DNA of 64,000 nucleotides from Escherichia coli (GTDB lineage Bacteria; Pseudomonadota; Gammaproteobacteria; Enterobacterales; Enterobacteriaceae): NCBI RefSeq assembly GCF_030384885.1, contig NZ_CP128613.1; one strand, 5' to 3'. Shown piece by piece: positions 21,368 to 32,496 of this stretch (position 1 is its first letter; each line of letters starts with the position of its first letter). The notes under the pieces were generated by a model. It saw only the letters and a program-made list of their open reading frames with translations, ran no database searches and was not told where the DNA came from. The position numbers and the translations under genes were made by a program.

Positions 21368-23965
21368 GTGCAAAAAATAACAATAATTCATCCTCATAAC
21401 CTCACGCAGATCGCTACGCTTTGTGCGCTGCTTTATAGTTCCTTTAGCATAAGTGCTGAACACGTTGAATATGACCATACCTTCCTGATGGGGCGTGATG
21501 CTTCAAATATCGACCTTAGTCGGTACAGTGAAGGTAACCCTACGCTACCCGGTATTTACGACGTAAATGTTTATGTTAATGATCAACCCGTCATTAACCA
21601 AAGTATCCCTTTTGTCGTTATTGACGGGAAGAAAAATGCCCAGGCTTGTATCACCCAAAAGAATATATTGCAGTTTCACATTACCCAACCAGATATTGAT
21701 AGTGAAAATGCGGTACTACTCGAGCGAGATGAAGAGCTCGGTGATTGCCTCAATCTAACCGAAATTATCCCGCAATCATCTGTGCGTTATGATGTGAATG
21801 ATCAACGACTGGATATTGATGTCCCACAGGCATGGGTCATGAAAAATTACCAAAACTATGTTGATCCGTCATTATGGGAAAATGGTATTAATGCTGCCAT
21901 GCTTTCATATAACGTTAATGGTTATCACAGTGAAAGCCCTGGCAGAAAAAATGACAGTATTTATGCCTCATTTAATGGTGGTGTGAATTTAGGCGCATGG
22001 CGAATGCGCGCTTCAGGTAACTACAACTGGATGAACGATTCTGGTAGCGATTACAACTTTCAGAATCGGTATCTGCAGCGCGATATTGCATCACTACGTT
22101 CGCAATTAATTATTGGTGAATCCTATACCACCGGGGAAACTTTTGATTCCGTCAGCATTCGTGGCGTTCGCTTATACAGCGACAGTCGGATGCTTCCCCC
22201 TGCATTAGCCAGTTTTGCTCCGGTTATTCATGGTGTCGCCAACACTAACGCAAAAGTGACTATCACTCAGAGCGGTTATAAGATCTATGAAACAACAGTA
22301 CCACCAGGCGCATTTACTATTGATGATCTCAGTCCATCAGGCTATGGCAGCGACCTCATTGTCACAATTGAAGAGGCTGATGGCTCAAAGCGGACTTTCT
22401 CTCAGCCATTTTCATCGGTAGTGCAAATGCTACGACCTGGCGTTGGTCGCTGGGATATTAGTGGTGGTCAGGTATTAAAGGACGATATTCAGGATGAACC
22501 TAATTTATTTCAGGCCAGCTACTACTATGGCCTAAACAACTACCTGACCGCGTATACAGGTATTCAGCTCACCGATAATAACTATACTGCCGGATTACTG
22601 GGACTTGGTTTAAATACGTCCCTGGGTGCTTTTTCTTTCGATGTCACTCACTCCAATGTCCGCATCCCTGAAGATAAAACATACCAGGGGCAGAGCTATC
22701 GTTTATCGTGGAACAAATTATTCGAAGATACCAGTACGTCGCTAAATATCGCGGCCTACCGCTATTCAACGCAGAATTATCTTGGTCTTAATGACGCTTT
22801 AACACTCATTGATGAAGTGAAGCATCCAGAGCAAGAGCTTGAACCGCAATCCATGCGGAATTACTCGCGCATGAAAAATCAGGTTACGGTCAGTATTAAC
22901 CAACCGCTGAAATTTGAGAAAAAAGATTACGGCTCCTTTTATCTTTCAGGAAGCTGGTCCGACTATTGGGCTTCCGGCCAAAATCAAAGCAATTATTCCA
23001 TTGGCTACAGCAATAGTGCCTCCTGGGGCAGCTATAGCATTAGTGCTCAGCGTTCCTGGAATGAAGATGGTGAAACCGATGATAGTATCTATCTCAGTTT
23101 CACCATTCCAATTGAAAAACTCCTGGGGACAGAACACCGTGATTCAGGTTTCCAGAATATTGACACTCAGCTAAACAGCGATTTTAAAGGTAATAATCAA
23201 CTAAATATCAGTAGCAGTGGTTACAACGATAACAATCGCATCAGTTACAGCGTGAATACTGGCTATACGATGAATAAATCCACCGATGATTTAAGTTATA
23301 TCGGGGGTTATGCCAGTTATGAATCCCCATGGGGAACATTGGCCGGTTCGGTTTCCGCAAGTAGTGATAATAGCCGTCAGTTTTCGCTCAATACCGACGG
23401 GGGTTTTGTGCTACACAGTGGAGGCCTCACATTCAGTAACGACAGCTTTAGTGATTCCGACACTCTGGCAGTGGTTCAGGCCCCCGGAGCAAAAGGCGCC
23501 CGTATCAACTACGGTAATAGCACTGTAGATCGCTGGGGCTATGGCGTAACCAGCGCCCTGTCGCCATATCATGAAAACCGCATCGCTCTGGATATTAACG
23601 ATCTTGAGAACGATGTTGAATTGAAAAGTACCAGTACTGTTGCCGTACCGCGTCAGGGCTCTGTCATCTTCGCTGGTTTTGAAACGGTACAGGGGCAATC
23701 AGCGATTATGAATATTAAACGTAGCGACGGTCGTAACATTCCATTTGCTGCGGATATTTATGATGAGCAAGGCAATAATATTGGAAATGTCGGCCAGGGC
23801 GGGCAAGCTTTTGTACGTGGTATCAGTCAACAGGGTAATATCCAGATTAAATGGCTCGAAGCAGGTAAGCCCGTAAATTGCCTGGCCCATTATCAACAAA
23901 ACGCAGAAGCAGAAAAGATCGCACAAACGATTATCATCAATGGAATTAATTGTCAGATTCAGTAA
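21368..23965 (+). CDS. htrE: Yad fimbrial outer membrane usher
   Basis: 865 aa usher; motifs shared with the island usher (LQRDIASLRSQ, FAPVIHG). Confidence 0.92.
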   Translation: MQKITIIHPHNLTQIATLCALLYSSFSISAEHVEYDHTFLMGRDASNIDLSRYSEGNPTLPGIYDVNVYVNDQPVINQSIPFVVIDGKKNAQACITQKNILQFHITQPDIDSENAVLLERDEELGDCLNLTEIIPQSSVRYDVNDQRLDIDVPQAWVMKNYQNYVDPSLWENGINAAMLSYNVNGYHSESPGRKNDSIYASFNGGVNLGAWRMRASGNYNWMNDSGSDYNFQNRYLQRDIASLRSQLIIGESYTTGETFDSVSIRGVRLYSDSRMLPPALASFAPVIHGVANTNAKVTITQSGYKIYETTVPPGAFTIDDLSPSGYGSDLIVTIEEADGSKRTFSQPFSSVVQMLRPGVGRWDISGGQVLKDDIQDEPNLFQASYYYGLNNYLTAYTGIQLTDNNYTAGLLGLGLNTSLGAFSFDVTHSNVRIPEDKTYQGQSYRLSWNKLFEDTSTSLNIAAYRYSTQNYLGLNDALTLIDEVKHPEQELEPQSMRNYSRMKNQVTVSINQPLKFEKKDYGSFYLSGSWSDYWASGQNQSNYSIGYSNSASWGSYSISAQRSWNEDGETDDSIYLSFTIPIEKLLGTEHRDSGFQNIDTQLNSDFKGNNQLNISSSGYNDNNRISYSVNTGYTMNKSTDDLSYIGGYASYESPWGTLAGSVSASSDNSRQFSLNTDGGFVLHSGGLTFSNDSFSDSDTLAVVQAPGAKGARINYGNSTVDRWGYGVTSALSPYHENRIALDINDLENDVELKSTSTVAVPRQGSVIFAGFETVQGQSAIMNIKRSDGRNIPFAADIYDEQGNNIGNVGQGGQAFVRGISQQGNIQIKWLEAGKPVNCLAHYQQNAEAEKIAQTIIINGINCQIQ

Positions 23966-23980
23966 CCACAAGGGCTCCAC

Positions 23981-24556
23981 ATGATAAAAATGACACCATA
24001 TAAATTGACAATACTGATGGGTATATTATTTTCACCTTCAGTATTTGCTACAGATATTAATGTTGATTTCACCGCAACGGTGAAGGCGACAACCTGTAAT
24101 ATTACTCTCACTGCACTGAATGGCTCAAGTGTTACAGATGATGGTAACGATAATTACATACTACGTATACCTAATATGGGGTTGGATAAAATAGTTAATA
24201 AAACAGCCGAAGCCCAGGCAGACTTTAAACTGATCGCCAGTGGTTGTAGCGGTGGCATCAGCTGGATTGATACAACGCTGTCAGGGAATAAGTCTGGCAG
24301 CTCCCCAAAATTGATAGCGCCATTATCATCAGACACATCCTCAACAACCAGCTATATTGGTATGGGAATTAAAAAAATAAATACTGATGATTCTACATTT
24401 CTGACCCCTAACAGCGCAGAGAAAATTCGCTGGAGCCTGACAGAAATCAATACAGACGGTCTCTCAATGACCGTTGCATTGCGTGAAACAGGTACAGGTC
24501 AAGGCATACCAGGTAATTTTCGTGCTAAGGCAACTTTTAATTTCACCTATCAATAA
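23981..24556 (+). CDS. yadM: Yad fimbrial minor subunit
   Basis: 191 aa pilin-like, signal peptide, C-terminus FNFTYQ. Confidence 0.85.
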   Translation: MIKMTPYKLTILMGILFSPSVFATDINVDFTATVKATTCNITLTALNGSSVTDDGNDNYILRIPNMGLDKIVNKTAEAQADFKLIASGCSGGISWIDTTLSGNKSGSSPKLIAPLSSDTSSTTSYIGMGIKKINTDDSTFLTPNSAEKIRWSLTEINTDGLSMTVALRETGTGQGIPGNFRAKATFNFTYQ

Positions 24557-24561
24557 CAAGG

Positions 24562-25176
24562 ATGACAATAATGATGTATAAAAAATTACGTTATGGATTA
24601 TCCGTAAGTATGATTCTTGCTGCATCCCAGTTAGTCGCGCCATCCTATGCGGCTACCGACAGTATCGGTCTGACAGTCGTTACCACTGTTGAGACTGGGA
24701 CTTGCGATGCACAACTGGTTAATGATAGCAATCAACAAATTTCTGCGGTGGATTTTGGCGATGTTTATATTTCTGAAATCGATAAAAAATTAAAAATTAA
24801 GACTTTCAAATTACAGTTTAAAAACTGCGCGGGTATTCCCGGGAAAAAGGCTCTGATAAACCTGACCAAACGCGCAACTTGCGAAGGGACCAGTAATGAC
24901 GGAGCAGGTTTTGCAAATGGTTCTACAGGTACCGGCAAAGCAAGCGCCGTTGTGGTAGAAGTCTGGAACACCACTGTACCTGCAACGGGAAGTGCGGCTC
25001 CATTTAGCTGTGCAGCACCGGCAAATAAAGAGGTAATTATTGCCTCCGCCACAGGTAATAACGTAGTGGACTATCCGATGAGCGCCCGTCTGGTGGTTGA
25101 TAAAGATAAAACTGTCAGCGACGTTACCGCTGGCACATTTTCTGCACCAGCAACATTTACCGTGACTTACAACTAA
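24562..25176 (+). CDS. yadL: Yad fimbrial minor subunit
   Basis: 204 aa pilin-like, signal peptide, C-terminus FTVTYN. Confidence 0.85.
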   Translation: MTIMMYKKLRYGLSVSMILAASQLVAPSYAATDSIGLTVVTTVETGTCDAQLVNDSNQQISAVDFGDVYISEIDKKLKIKTFKLQFKNCAGIPGKKALINLTKRATCEGTSNDGAGFANGSTGTGKASAVVVEVWNTTVPATGSAAPFSCAAPANKEVIIASATGNNVVDYPMSARLVVDKDKTVSDVTAGTFSAPATFTVTYN

Positions 25177-25201
25177 CTGGTCGCCATATCAGGTACTTAC
25201 T

Positions 25202-25798
25202 ATGCATCCCACCCAACGTAAAATGACGAAGAAAACAGGTTTATTTCTGTCGTTAATATTATCAATGATACACCCCGTCATGGCGGGAATGGATATTGAT
25301 ATGACGGCTAATGTCAAAAATAGCACCTGCAAAAGCGGAATTAGCAATCAAGGTAATATCGATCTTGGCGTCGTCGGTGTGGGATATTTTGCCGGTAATA
25401 CCTCTGCTGAAGACCATCAACCTAGCGGAAAAGAATTTACCATCACGGTGACAGACTGTGCATTTCAGGGAACAGGAGATGTACTCAATCAGTTGCATAT
25501 TGAATTCCGCCCTCTTAGCGGTGTAATGGCAACAGGCTCTAGGCAAATATTTAATAATGAGAACGTCTCGGGGGCCAGTAATGTTGGCGTCGTTATCTTT
25601 TCTATCCAGGACCCGGCAAACACCTTCAATGTTCTGAATACAGCTGGCATTTCTCGTTCAATTTATCCGGTGATGTCATCAGAGATGAATAACTCATCCT
25701 GGAAATTTTATACCCGAATGCAAAAAGTTAACCCAGCACTTAACATTACATCCGGTCAAGTCAAAAGTACTGTACTGGTCGACGTCTACTATGAGTAA
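25202..25798 (+). CDS. yadK: Yad fimbrial minor subunit
   Basis: 198 aa pilin-like, C-terminus VDVYYE. Confidence 0.85.
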   Translation: MHPTQRKMTKKTGLFLSLILSMIHPVMAGMDIDMTANVKNSTCKSGISNQGNIDLGVVGVGYFAGNTSAEDHQPSGKEFTITVTDCAFQGTGDVLNQLHIEFRPLSGVMATGSRQIFNNENVSGASNVGVVIFSIQDPANTFNVLNTAGISRSIYPVMSSEMNNSSWKFYTRMQKVNPALNITSGQVKSTVLVDVYYE

Positions 25799-25822
25799 CC
25801 TCTAATATAAGAAGATAATAAT

Positions 25823-27103
25823 ATGTTAACGCTAAAAATCGTATATAAAACGCAAGCATTTTTAAAGTGCTGCATTCTGCTCTTATTATCTCTTTCTAGT
25901 ATTTCTTTCGCGGCTAACACTGGTTTTGTTGTAGGAAATCCCCCCCCATCGCCCACTAGTCTGGCTGGGCCCTCAGGTAATGGAAAAGCAACTTTCAGAT
26001 ACAACACTATCGCAAACAATTTAGTTTTTTATAAACCTACAGGTTCAGGCATTAACCAAACGGGAGTAAAACTATACTGGGCACAATTAGATAGTGCACT
26101 TGGTGGTGTAGGAAATGGAGTTATTTATTGTAACACCAGTAATAATGCCAGTGGTGGACCGATGACACTTACAAATGCAATGGTTGACTCTGGTTTCACT
26201 TACAATGGTCATAAATTATTTAAAACATCTGTTCCAGGTCTCTATTACACATTGTCAATTTTCAACGTGTGGTCAGCTTGGGTAAAATCTAATATCAGCG
26301 CAAATGGTCTTTATATTGGAGATGCTGCTAAGCAATACTTTTCATTCTATGTAGCTGACCCGGACCTTCAGAGAAACGGATGTAACAAGGCAAACTCAAT
26401 GAGTAAGTATTGGGCAATTGGTGGTGTAATGCAGAGCCTCACTGTCGAATTTTATACTGACTCCTCTTTCGATCCTGTACAAAACCAAAAGGTTCAATTG
26501 TTACGTACTAGCGACTATCTTTATGCTTTTCATGCTGAAGGCGCTGGCGTTGGCATTAATGAACATAGTCATTTTCTTTTTATAGATTTTGATCTAACTA
26601 ATATCACAATTACATTACCTACATGCTTCACCTCCGTTTTGAGTGGTTCGGCTGTCAGTGGCTCAACAGTAAAAATGGGTGAATATACTTCCCAACAAAT
26701 AAAAAATGGGGCAACCCCAGTTCCTTTTGATATTAACTTACAAAACTGCATCCGTGTTCGTAATATTGAAACAAAACTCGTCTCCACAAAAATCGGCACA
26801 GAAAACAAGAAACTTCTGGGTAATACGCTCACAGGTAATGATGCGGCAAAAGGAGTTGGTGTATTAATTGAAGGGTTAGCCACCAACAAAAGTGTAAAAA
26901 TGATACTGGAACCCAATGTTTCAACATCTGTTTATAAAGATTACGAAACGGAAAATGATACCACTGATGGGATTTACCCAAATCAGGGTAACGGTACTTC
27001 ACAACCTCTTCATTTCCAGGCGACCTTACAACAAGACGGAAATATTCCTATAGAGTCAGGGGAGTTAAAAGCCACCAGTACTTTTCAGGTGACCTATCCC
27101 TGA
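25823..27103 (+). CDS. yadC: Yad fimbrial tip adhesin
   Basis: 426 aa two-domain adhesin, C-terminus TFQVTYP; contains a C8 homopolymer at 25940-25947. Confidence 0.85.
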   Translation: MLTLKIVYKTQAFLKCCILLLLSLSSISFAANTGFVVGNPPPSPTSLAGPSGNGKATFRYNTIANNLVFYKPTGSGINQTGVKLYWAQLDSALGGVGNGVIYCNTSNNASGGPMTLTNAMVDSGFTYNGHKLFKTSVPGLYYTLSIFNVWSAWVKSNISANGLYIGDAAKQYFSFYVADPDLQRNGCNKANSMSKYWAIGGVMQSLTVEFYTDSSFDPVQNQKVQLLRTSDYLYAFHAEGAGVGINEHSHFLFIDFDLTNITITLPTCFTSVLSGSAVSGSTVKMGEYTSQQIKNGATPVPFDINLQNCIRVRNIETKLVSTKIGTENKKLLGNTLTGNDAAKGVGVLIEGLATNKSVKMILEPNVSTSVYKDYETENDTTDGIYPNQGNGTSQPLHFQATLQQDGNIPIESGELKATSTFQVTYP

Positions 27104-27112
27104 TAGCAACGT

Positions 27113-27138
27113 TGCACCGCCTGATAATGGCGGTGCAA
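27113..27138 (+). terminator. Hairpin terminator after yadC
   Basis: TTGCACCGCC-TGATAATG-GCGGTGCAA inverted repeat just downstream of the yadC stop. Confidence 0.55.
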
Positions 27139-27214
27139 CAATAGAGAAATCATTGCCCCCACAAATGTGACTGATAAAATGCAAACAGCACAACATCATT
27201 TATCAGGACACGTT

Positions 27215-28009
27215 ATGAAACCGACCACCATTGCTTCATTGCAGAAATGCAAACAGGACAAAAAACGCTTCGCGACAATAACCGCTTACGACTACAGCTT
27301 CGCTAAATTGTTTGCCGAAGAAGGACTTAACGTGATGTTGGTTGGCGATTCGCTGGGCATGACTGTTCAGGGGCACGACTCCACACTCCCGGTAACCGTT
27401 CAAGATATCGCCTACCACACTGCTGCCGTACGTCGTGGCGCACCAAATTGCCTGCTGCTGGCCGACCTGCCGTTTATGGCGTATTCCACCCCGGAACAGG
27501 CCTTTGAAAATGCCGCCACAGTAATGCGTGCCGGAGCCAATATGGTCAAAATTGAAGGCGGCGCATGGTTGGTTGAGACGGTACGAATGCTGACTGAACG
27601 CGCAGTTCCGGTGTGTGGTCATTTAGGTTTAACCCCACAGTCAGTGAATATATTTGGCGGCTACAAAGTACAAGGGCGTGGCGATGAAGCGGGCGATCAA
27701 CTGCTCAGCGATGCGTTAGCCTTAGAAGCCGCTGGTGCACAGTTGCTGGTGCTGGAATGCGTGCCGGTTGAACTGGCGAAACGCATTACCGAAGCGCTGG
27801 CGATTCCGGTAATCGGTATTGGCGCGGGCAACGTCACCGACGGGCAAATCCTCGTGATGCACGACGCGTTCGGTATTACCGGCGGCCATATCCCTAAATT
27901 TGCAAAAAATTTCCTTGCTGAAGCGGGCGACATCCGCGCAGCAGTGCGTCAGTATATAGCTGAAGTGGAGTCCGGTGTTTATCCGGGCGAAGAACACAGT
28001 TTCCATTAA
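27215..28009 (+). CDS. panB: 3-methyl-2-oxobutanoate hydroxymethyltransferase
   Basis: 264 aa from [27 protein letters not shown]. Confidence 0.93.
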   Translation: MKPTTIASLQKCKQDKKRFATITAYDYSFAKLFAEEGLNVMLVGDSLGMTVQGHDSTLPVTVQDIAYHTAAVRRGAPNCLLLADLPFMAYSTPEQAFENAATVMRAGANMVKIEGGAWLVETVRMLTERAVPVCGHLGLTPQSVNIFGGYKVQGRGDEAGDQLLSDALALEAAGAQLLVLECVPVELAKRITEALAIPVIGIGAGNVTDGQILVMHDAFGITGGHIPKFAKNFLAEAGDIRAAVRQYIAEVESGVYPGEEHSFH

Positions 28010-28020
28010 GGAGTCACGTT

Positions 28021-28872
28021 GTGTTAATTATCGAAACCCTGCCGTTGCTGCGTCAGCAAATTCGCCGCCTGCGAATGGAAGGCAAACGCGTGGCGCTGGT
28101 GCCTACTATGGGTAACCTGCACGATGGTCATATGAAGCTGGTCGACGAAGCCAAAGCCCGCGCCGATGTGGTCGTCGTCAGTATTTTCGTTAACCCGATG
28201 CAGTTTGACCGCCCGGAAGATCTGGCTCGTTATCCACGAACCTTGCAGGAAGACTGCGAGAAGCTAAACAAACGTAAAGTGGATCTGGTTTTCGCTCCCT
28301 CGGTAAAAGAGATCTATCCGAACGGTACAGAAACCCACACCTATGTCGATGTTCCAGGCCTTTCCACCATGCTGGAAGGTGCCAGCCGTCCAGGACATTT
28401 TCGCGGCGTATCGACCATCGTCAGCAAACTGTTCAACCTGGTCCAGCCGGACATCGCCTGCTTCGGTGAAAAGGATTTTCAGCAACTGGCACTGATCCGC
28501 AAAATGGTTGCCGATATGGGCTTTGATATTGAGATTGTCGGAGTGCCGATTATGCGCGCGAAAGACGGTCTGGCGCTCAGTTCCCGTAACGGCTATCTGA
28601 CGGCGGAACAACGTAAAATTGCGCCGGGTCTGTACAAGGTCTTAAGTTCAATTGCCGACAAATTGCAGGCTGGCGAACGGGATCTCGATGAAATTATTGC
28701 TATTGCCGGGCAAGAACTGAATGAAAAAGGTTTCCGTTCCGATGATATTCAGATTCGCGATGCCGACACCTTGCTGGAAATCGCTGAAAACAGCAAACGA
28801 GCGGTGATTCTGGTAGCCGCCTGGCTTGGCGATGCTCGCCTGATCGACAACAAAATCGTCGAACTGGCGTAA
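28021..28872 (+). CDS. panC: Pantothenate synthetase
   Basis: 283 aa; HIGH-like motif [10 protein letters not shown]. Confidence 0.95.
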   Translation: MLIIETLPLLRQQIRRLRMEGKRVALVPTMGNLHDGHMKLVDEAKARADVVVVSIFVNPMQFDRPEDLARYPRTLQEDCEKLNKRKVDLVFAPSVKEIYPNGTETHTYVDVPGLSTMLEGASRPGHFRGVSTIVSKLFNLVQPDIACFGEKDFQQLALIRKMVADMGFDIEIVGVPIMRAKDGLALSSRNGYLTAEQRKIAPGLYKVLSSIADKLQAGERDLDEIIAIAGQELNEKGFRSDDIQIRDADTLLEIAENSKRAVILVAAWLGDARLIDNKIVELA

Positions 28873-29005
28873 TACTTATACTCTAAATAATTCAAGTTGC
28901 AGGAAGGCGGCAAGCGAGTGAATCCCCAGGAGCTTACATAAGTAAGTGACTGGGGTGAGCGAACGCAGACGCAGCACATGCAACTTGAAGTATGACGAGT
29001 ATAAC
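28873..29005. repeat. ERIC (enterobacterial repetitive intergenic consensus) element
   Basis: Contains the ERIC core GTGAATCCCCAGGAGCTTACATAAGTAAGTGACTGGGGTGAGCG (both ERIC PCR primer sites) with imperfect terminal inverted repeats. Confidence 0.85.
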
Positions 29006-29092
29006 TGGCGCTACGGCTGATGGCGCCAATTATTAATTTGCCCCACATCATGGCGATGACGTCTGTAAGCGATTATTCATATCGCAGGCAAT

Positions 29093-30001
29093 TTAGTTAA
29101 TCAGCTTATCAAGCTCAGCAAGAGGTAAATTTGCCATCTCTGCAACGTCTTCCCGAGACATTCCTTTACTCAGAAGACGCAGGGCGAATTCTTGCCTTTC
29201 CTCCTGTCTTCCCAGCTGAATCCCCTTCTCAATCCCCTTCTCAATTCCCTTCTCTTCAAACCACTGCGCCAACGTCATCATAGACTCCCCTCCCGTTTCC
29301 CTGTCTCTCACCACACCATAAAACAAATCCGCTTGTTCAGTATGACCGCGTTGCAGCATATAGTTTTGCATGGCAACTAACTGACTTCCGCTAGTGTACC
29401 CTTCGTCAATCAGCGTGACCAGTTGCTCCAGCAATAACATTAAGTCGCGCTGGCGAATATGTTTTTGCAGCAGTTCGAGAATCGCAATCCGCCGATGTTG
29501 CATGATTTCGTCATCCGGTGTGATAGTGATATCCACCAGCGGGAAAGGACTGTTATAGACGCGTCGCGCCAGCTCCGGCGAGTAAAACATATCAAACCAG
29601 CACATTGAGAGTGGATAAGGCGTGGCCTCGCCCTGATAAAACAAAATCGGCACCACCAGCGGCAGCTTATCGTGGTCAGCCTCCAGATGCCGGTGCATGG
29701 CGGCAATAGAATAACGCATCATACGAAACGCCATTTTTTTGTCCGGCTTGCTTTGGTGTTCAATCACAACATGTAGATAGCCCGTATTACCCTGCATTTG
29801 CACGGAATAGAGCACGTCAGTGCTGTGCCCTTTCAGGCTTTCTTCAATAAAACTCCCCGACTCAAGATGCAGCGTGTCGAGATCACACAGTTCGCGTAGC
29901 TCCGCTGGCAAATGGATATCCAGAAAGTCGCGAGCCGTTTCCGCGTGCATTAAAAATTGTTTAAACACCGCATCATGCGGTGTGGTACTCGGTGCATCCA
30001 T
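29093..30001 (-). CDS. rpnC: Recombination-promoting nuclease RpnC (YhgA-like, PDDEXK family)
   Basis: 302 aa matching the K-12 YadD/RpnC position and length; carries an (EKGI)x3 tandem repeat near the C-terminus. Confidence 0.8.
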   Translation of the reverse strand: MDAPSTTPHDAVFKQFLMHAETARDFLDIHLPAELRELCDLDTLHLESGSFIEESLKGHSTDVLYSVQMQGNTGYLHVVIEHQSKPDKKMAFRMMRYSIAAMHRHLEADHDKLPLVVPILFYQGEATPYPLSMCWFDMFYSPELARRVYNSPFPLVDITITPDDEIMQHRRIAILELLQKHIRQRDLMLLLEQLVTLIDEGYTSGSQLVAMQNYMLQRGHTEQADLFYGVVRDRETGGESMMTLAQWFEEKGIEKGIEKGIQLGRQEERQEFALRLLSKGMSREDVAEMANLPLAELDKLIN

Positions 30002-30274
30002 CTTCCCTGCCTTCCGTGTTGTCTTGCGTGAAGGCAGTATCCAGTCAAGGCGCGCCGTCGTCAGCCGCCTCTTTAGTGTTTACCGAGCAGCGTTCAGAGA
30101 AATTTCAATTGGTTACAGGTGTTACATGGCTCGCTTCGGCACGGTACGCAAACTGCTGATGCAAATGCCGTCAGATGAGTAGACACTAAACAAAAATCGG
30201 GCAATACTGCGTGAGAATTTCCTCAAAGCAGGCACCGCCTGCTTCGTTAACGACAGGGTAGAAAGGTAGAAGTT

Positions 30275-30655
30275 ATGATTCGCACGATGCTGCAGGGCAA
30301 ACTCCACCGCGTGAAAGTGACTCATGCGGACCTGCACTATGAAGGTTCTTGCGCCATTGACCAGGATTTTCTTGACGCAGCCGGTATTCTCGAAAACGAA
30401 GCCATTGATATCTGGAATGTCACCAACGGCAAGCGTTTCTCCACCTATGCCATCGCGGCAGAGCGCGGTTCGAGAATTATTTCTGTTAACGGTGCGGCGG
30501 CCCACTGCGCCAGCGTCGGCGATATTGTCATCATCGCCAGCTTCGTCACTATGCCGGATGAAGAAGCCCGTACATGGCGACCCAACGTTGCTTATTTTGA
30601 AGGCGACAATGAAATGAAACGTACCGCGAAAGCGATTCCAGTTCAGGTGGCCTGA
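30275..30655 (+). CDS. panD: Aspartate 1-decarboxylase proenzyme
   Basis: 126 aa from [30 protein letters not shown], with the self-cleavage site G-S. Confidence 0.95.
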
Positions 30656-30658
30656 TAA

Positions 30659-31888
30659 TCACCCCTGCGGCTGGTTACTCACCAGCCGCGACATCGTCTC
30701 CAGCGAATCCGTTCTTAAGATATAAAGCCGTTTTAGTAACAACGGATTATCCCCCGGTTTTACTTTGCCTTTCATGGTGGTCACTGCCAGATGAAATCCG
30801 GCTTCACGTGCCGCCTTCACCGCTTTGTCATTAAAACCGCCAAACGGATAAGAAAGATACAAGACATGTGGATTAAACTGCGCCAGCGCCCGACGCGATC
30901 GCGCAAAATCAAACAGAATATTGTGCTCACTACGGCTCAGTAATATGGGGCGGCGATAGCCATCTATCCGATGCAAAAAATGAGTATGTGACTGGAAATC
31001 AAATACATCACGAATTTCGTTAAGCTCAGAAATGCTCATAAATTGCAGCGATTTTGGATCCCATTTCTGCGGGTGACGTTTGATGCGCGAGGTAACAATA
31101 AATGCCGTCGCCTTCATACCATAGTGTTTCAACACAGGATACGCATAGCGGCTAACCGACTTGAGACCATCATCAAAGGTAATCACCACGGCACGTGCCG
31201 GGAGATTAATGTTATTCTGCACGTAACCTTCCAACTGCGTCATGCTCAGTGTCGCGTATCCCCTGTCGCGCAGCCAGGCCATCTGGTTATTGAAGGCGCG
31301 TACCGAGGTGGTCGTCGAAGTATGGCGAAAACGGGTGTTTTCTTCGTCGCGCAGAATATGATGATAGGTTAGCACCGGCAGGCCATTGTCGGGTTGGGCA
31401 TCCAGCGCGCTGATAAAGGCCAGTCGATCGCCAATACGGACCTGATACCAGGTTTGGTTTAACCTGTCTTTCAGTTTATGCAAAATCGGATAACGCAAAT
31501 TGTCCGCCAGTACCCCAAATGGCGCACTGCCCACACTCGGCGCGTTATAAACCGGCGTATCTTTCCAGGTTATTAAGTTCTGATTACTCAGCGGCTTGTT
31601 GAGGTCACCCAAACCGTCTTCAACTTTTTGTCGCCCCTGAACCGGCTCGAGATGACCTTTATCGATAAACCCTTTGCCAAAGCCAAAATTAAATGCGTAA
31701 TAACTTGCGGCAGTGGGCTCCACGGCAATGATTTGTCCGGCCCGAATATTCCCTACCGTCACCATTTTGTCGCCAATTTGCGCCCAAACCGCGGCATTTT
31801 CGATAGTTTGCATATAACGGGCAGGTAATGCGGCACTGACGCTTGTGGTAAACAGCATCAGCAGGAGAATAACAGCTTGTTTATACAT
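30659..31888 (-). CDS. yadE: Predicted polysaccharide deacetylase
   Basis: 409 aa with signal peptide; K-12 synteny. Confidence 0.85.
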   Translation of the reverse strand: MYKQAVILLLMLFTTSVSAALPARYMQTIENAAVWAQIGDKMVTVGNIRAGQIIAVEPTAASYYAFNFGFGKGFIDKGHLEPVQGRQKVEDGLGDLNKPLSNQNLITWKDTPVYNAPSVGSAPFGVLADNLRYPILHKLKDRLNQTWYQVRIGDRLAFISALDAQPDNGLPVLTYHHILRDEENTRFRHTSTTTSVRAFNNQMAWLRDRGYATLSMTQLEGYVQNNINLPARAVVITFDDGLKSVSRYAYPVLKHYGMKATAFIVTSRIKRHPQKWDPKSLQFMSISELNEIRDVFDFQSHTHFLHRIDGYRRPILLSRSEHNILFDFARSRRALAQFNPHVLYLSYPFGGFNDKAVKAAREAGFHLAVTTMKGKVKPGDNPLLLKRLYILRTDSLETMSRLVSNQPQG

Positions 31889-31951
31889 GAAAAAATAACC
31901 AGGGATGAAACAACGCTTTTATTGTAGCAAAAGCGTCATCAGGATCGCGGG

Positions 31952-32392
31952 TTAATACTCATACAAATTATGTTTGAGGACGAAAGGCGGATTTTTTTGT
32001 TGTTGGTGCCAGAGACTACTGACTTCAGGCCCACCCAGTTCGACAATTCGCTCGCGAAACTCCGCACTGGATAACGTTTCACGGTAGGCCAGCATCTGTT
32101 CAACTAACGGTAACGTTACCCCAGAAATCACTTCGCAGCGGGAGTGTTTGTGGCTTAATAGCGAAGCCACGCGGTACGGCGGCGCTCCGGCAATATCAGT
32201 TAAAAAGATCACCCCATCGCCAGAGTCTGCTTCATGCAGAGCATCGCACATCATACGGCTGAGCATATTAGAACTTAATCCGCGCCAGAAATTCACGGCC
32301 CGGCACTGAAGAAGCGCCCCGTGTTTTTTCTCCAGCGCATCCAGTATCTCTTGCGCCCGATCATCGTGACAGGTAATAACCCAACCTAGCAT
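31952..32392 (-). CDS. yadI: PTS EIIA-like protein (mannose family)
   Basis: 146 aa; synteny. Confidence 0.85.
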   Translation of the reverse strand: MLGWVITCHDDRAQEILDALEKKHGALLQCRAVNFWRGLSSNMLSRMMCDALHEADSGDGVIFLTDIAGAPPYRVASLLSHKHSRCEVISGVTLPLVEQMLAYRETLSSAEFRERIVELGGPEVSSLWHQQQKNPPFVLKHNLYEY

Positions 32393-32496
32393 CGCCTTCC
32401 TCCTTAGCCGAAAATCAGTCTACCCTGACCATGGTTGATAAAGGGTGATAGTCGTCAAAACTCCTCTCCCCCGAATCCAGAGGAGAGGAAATAGCC

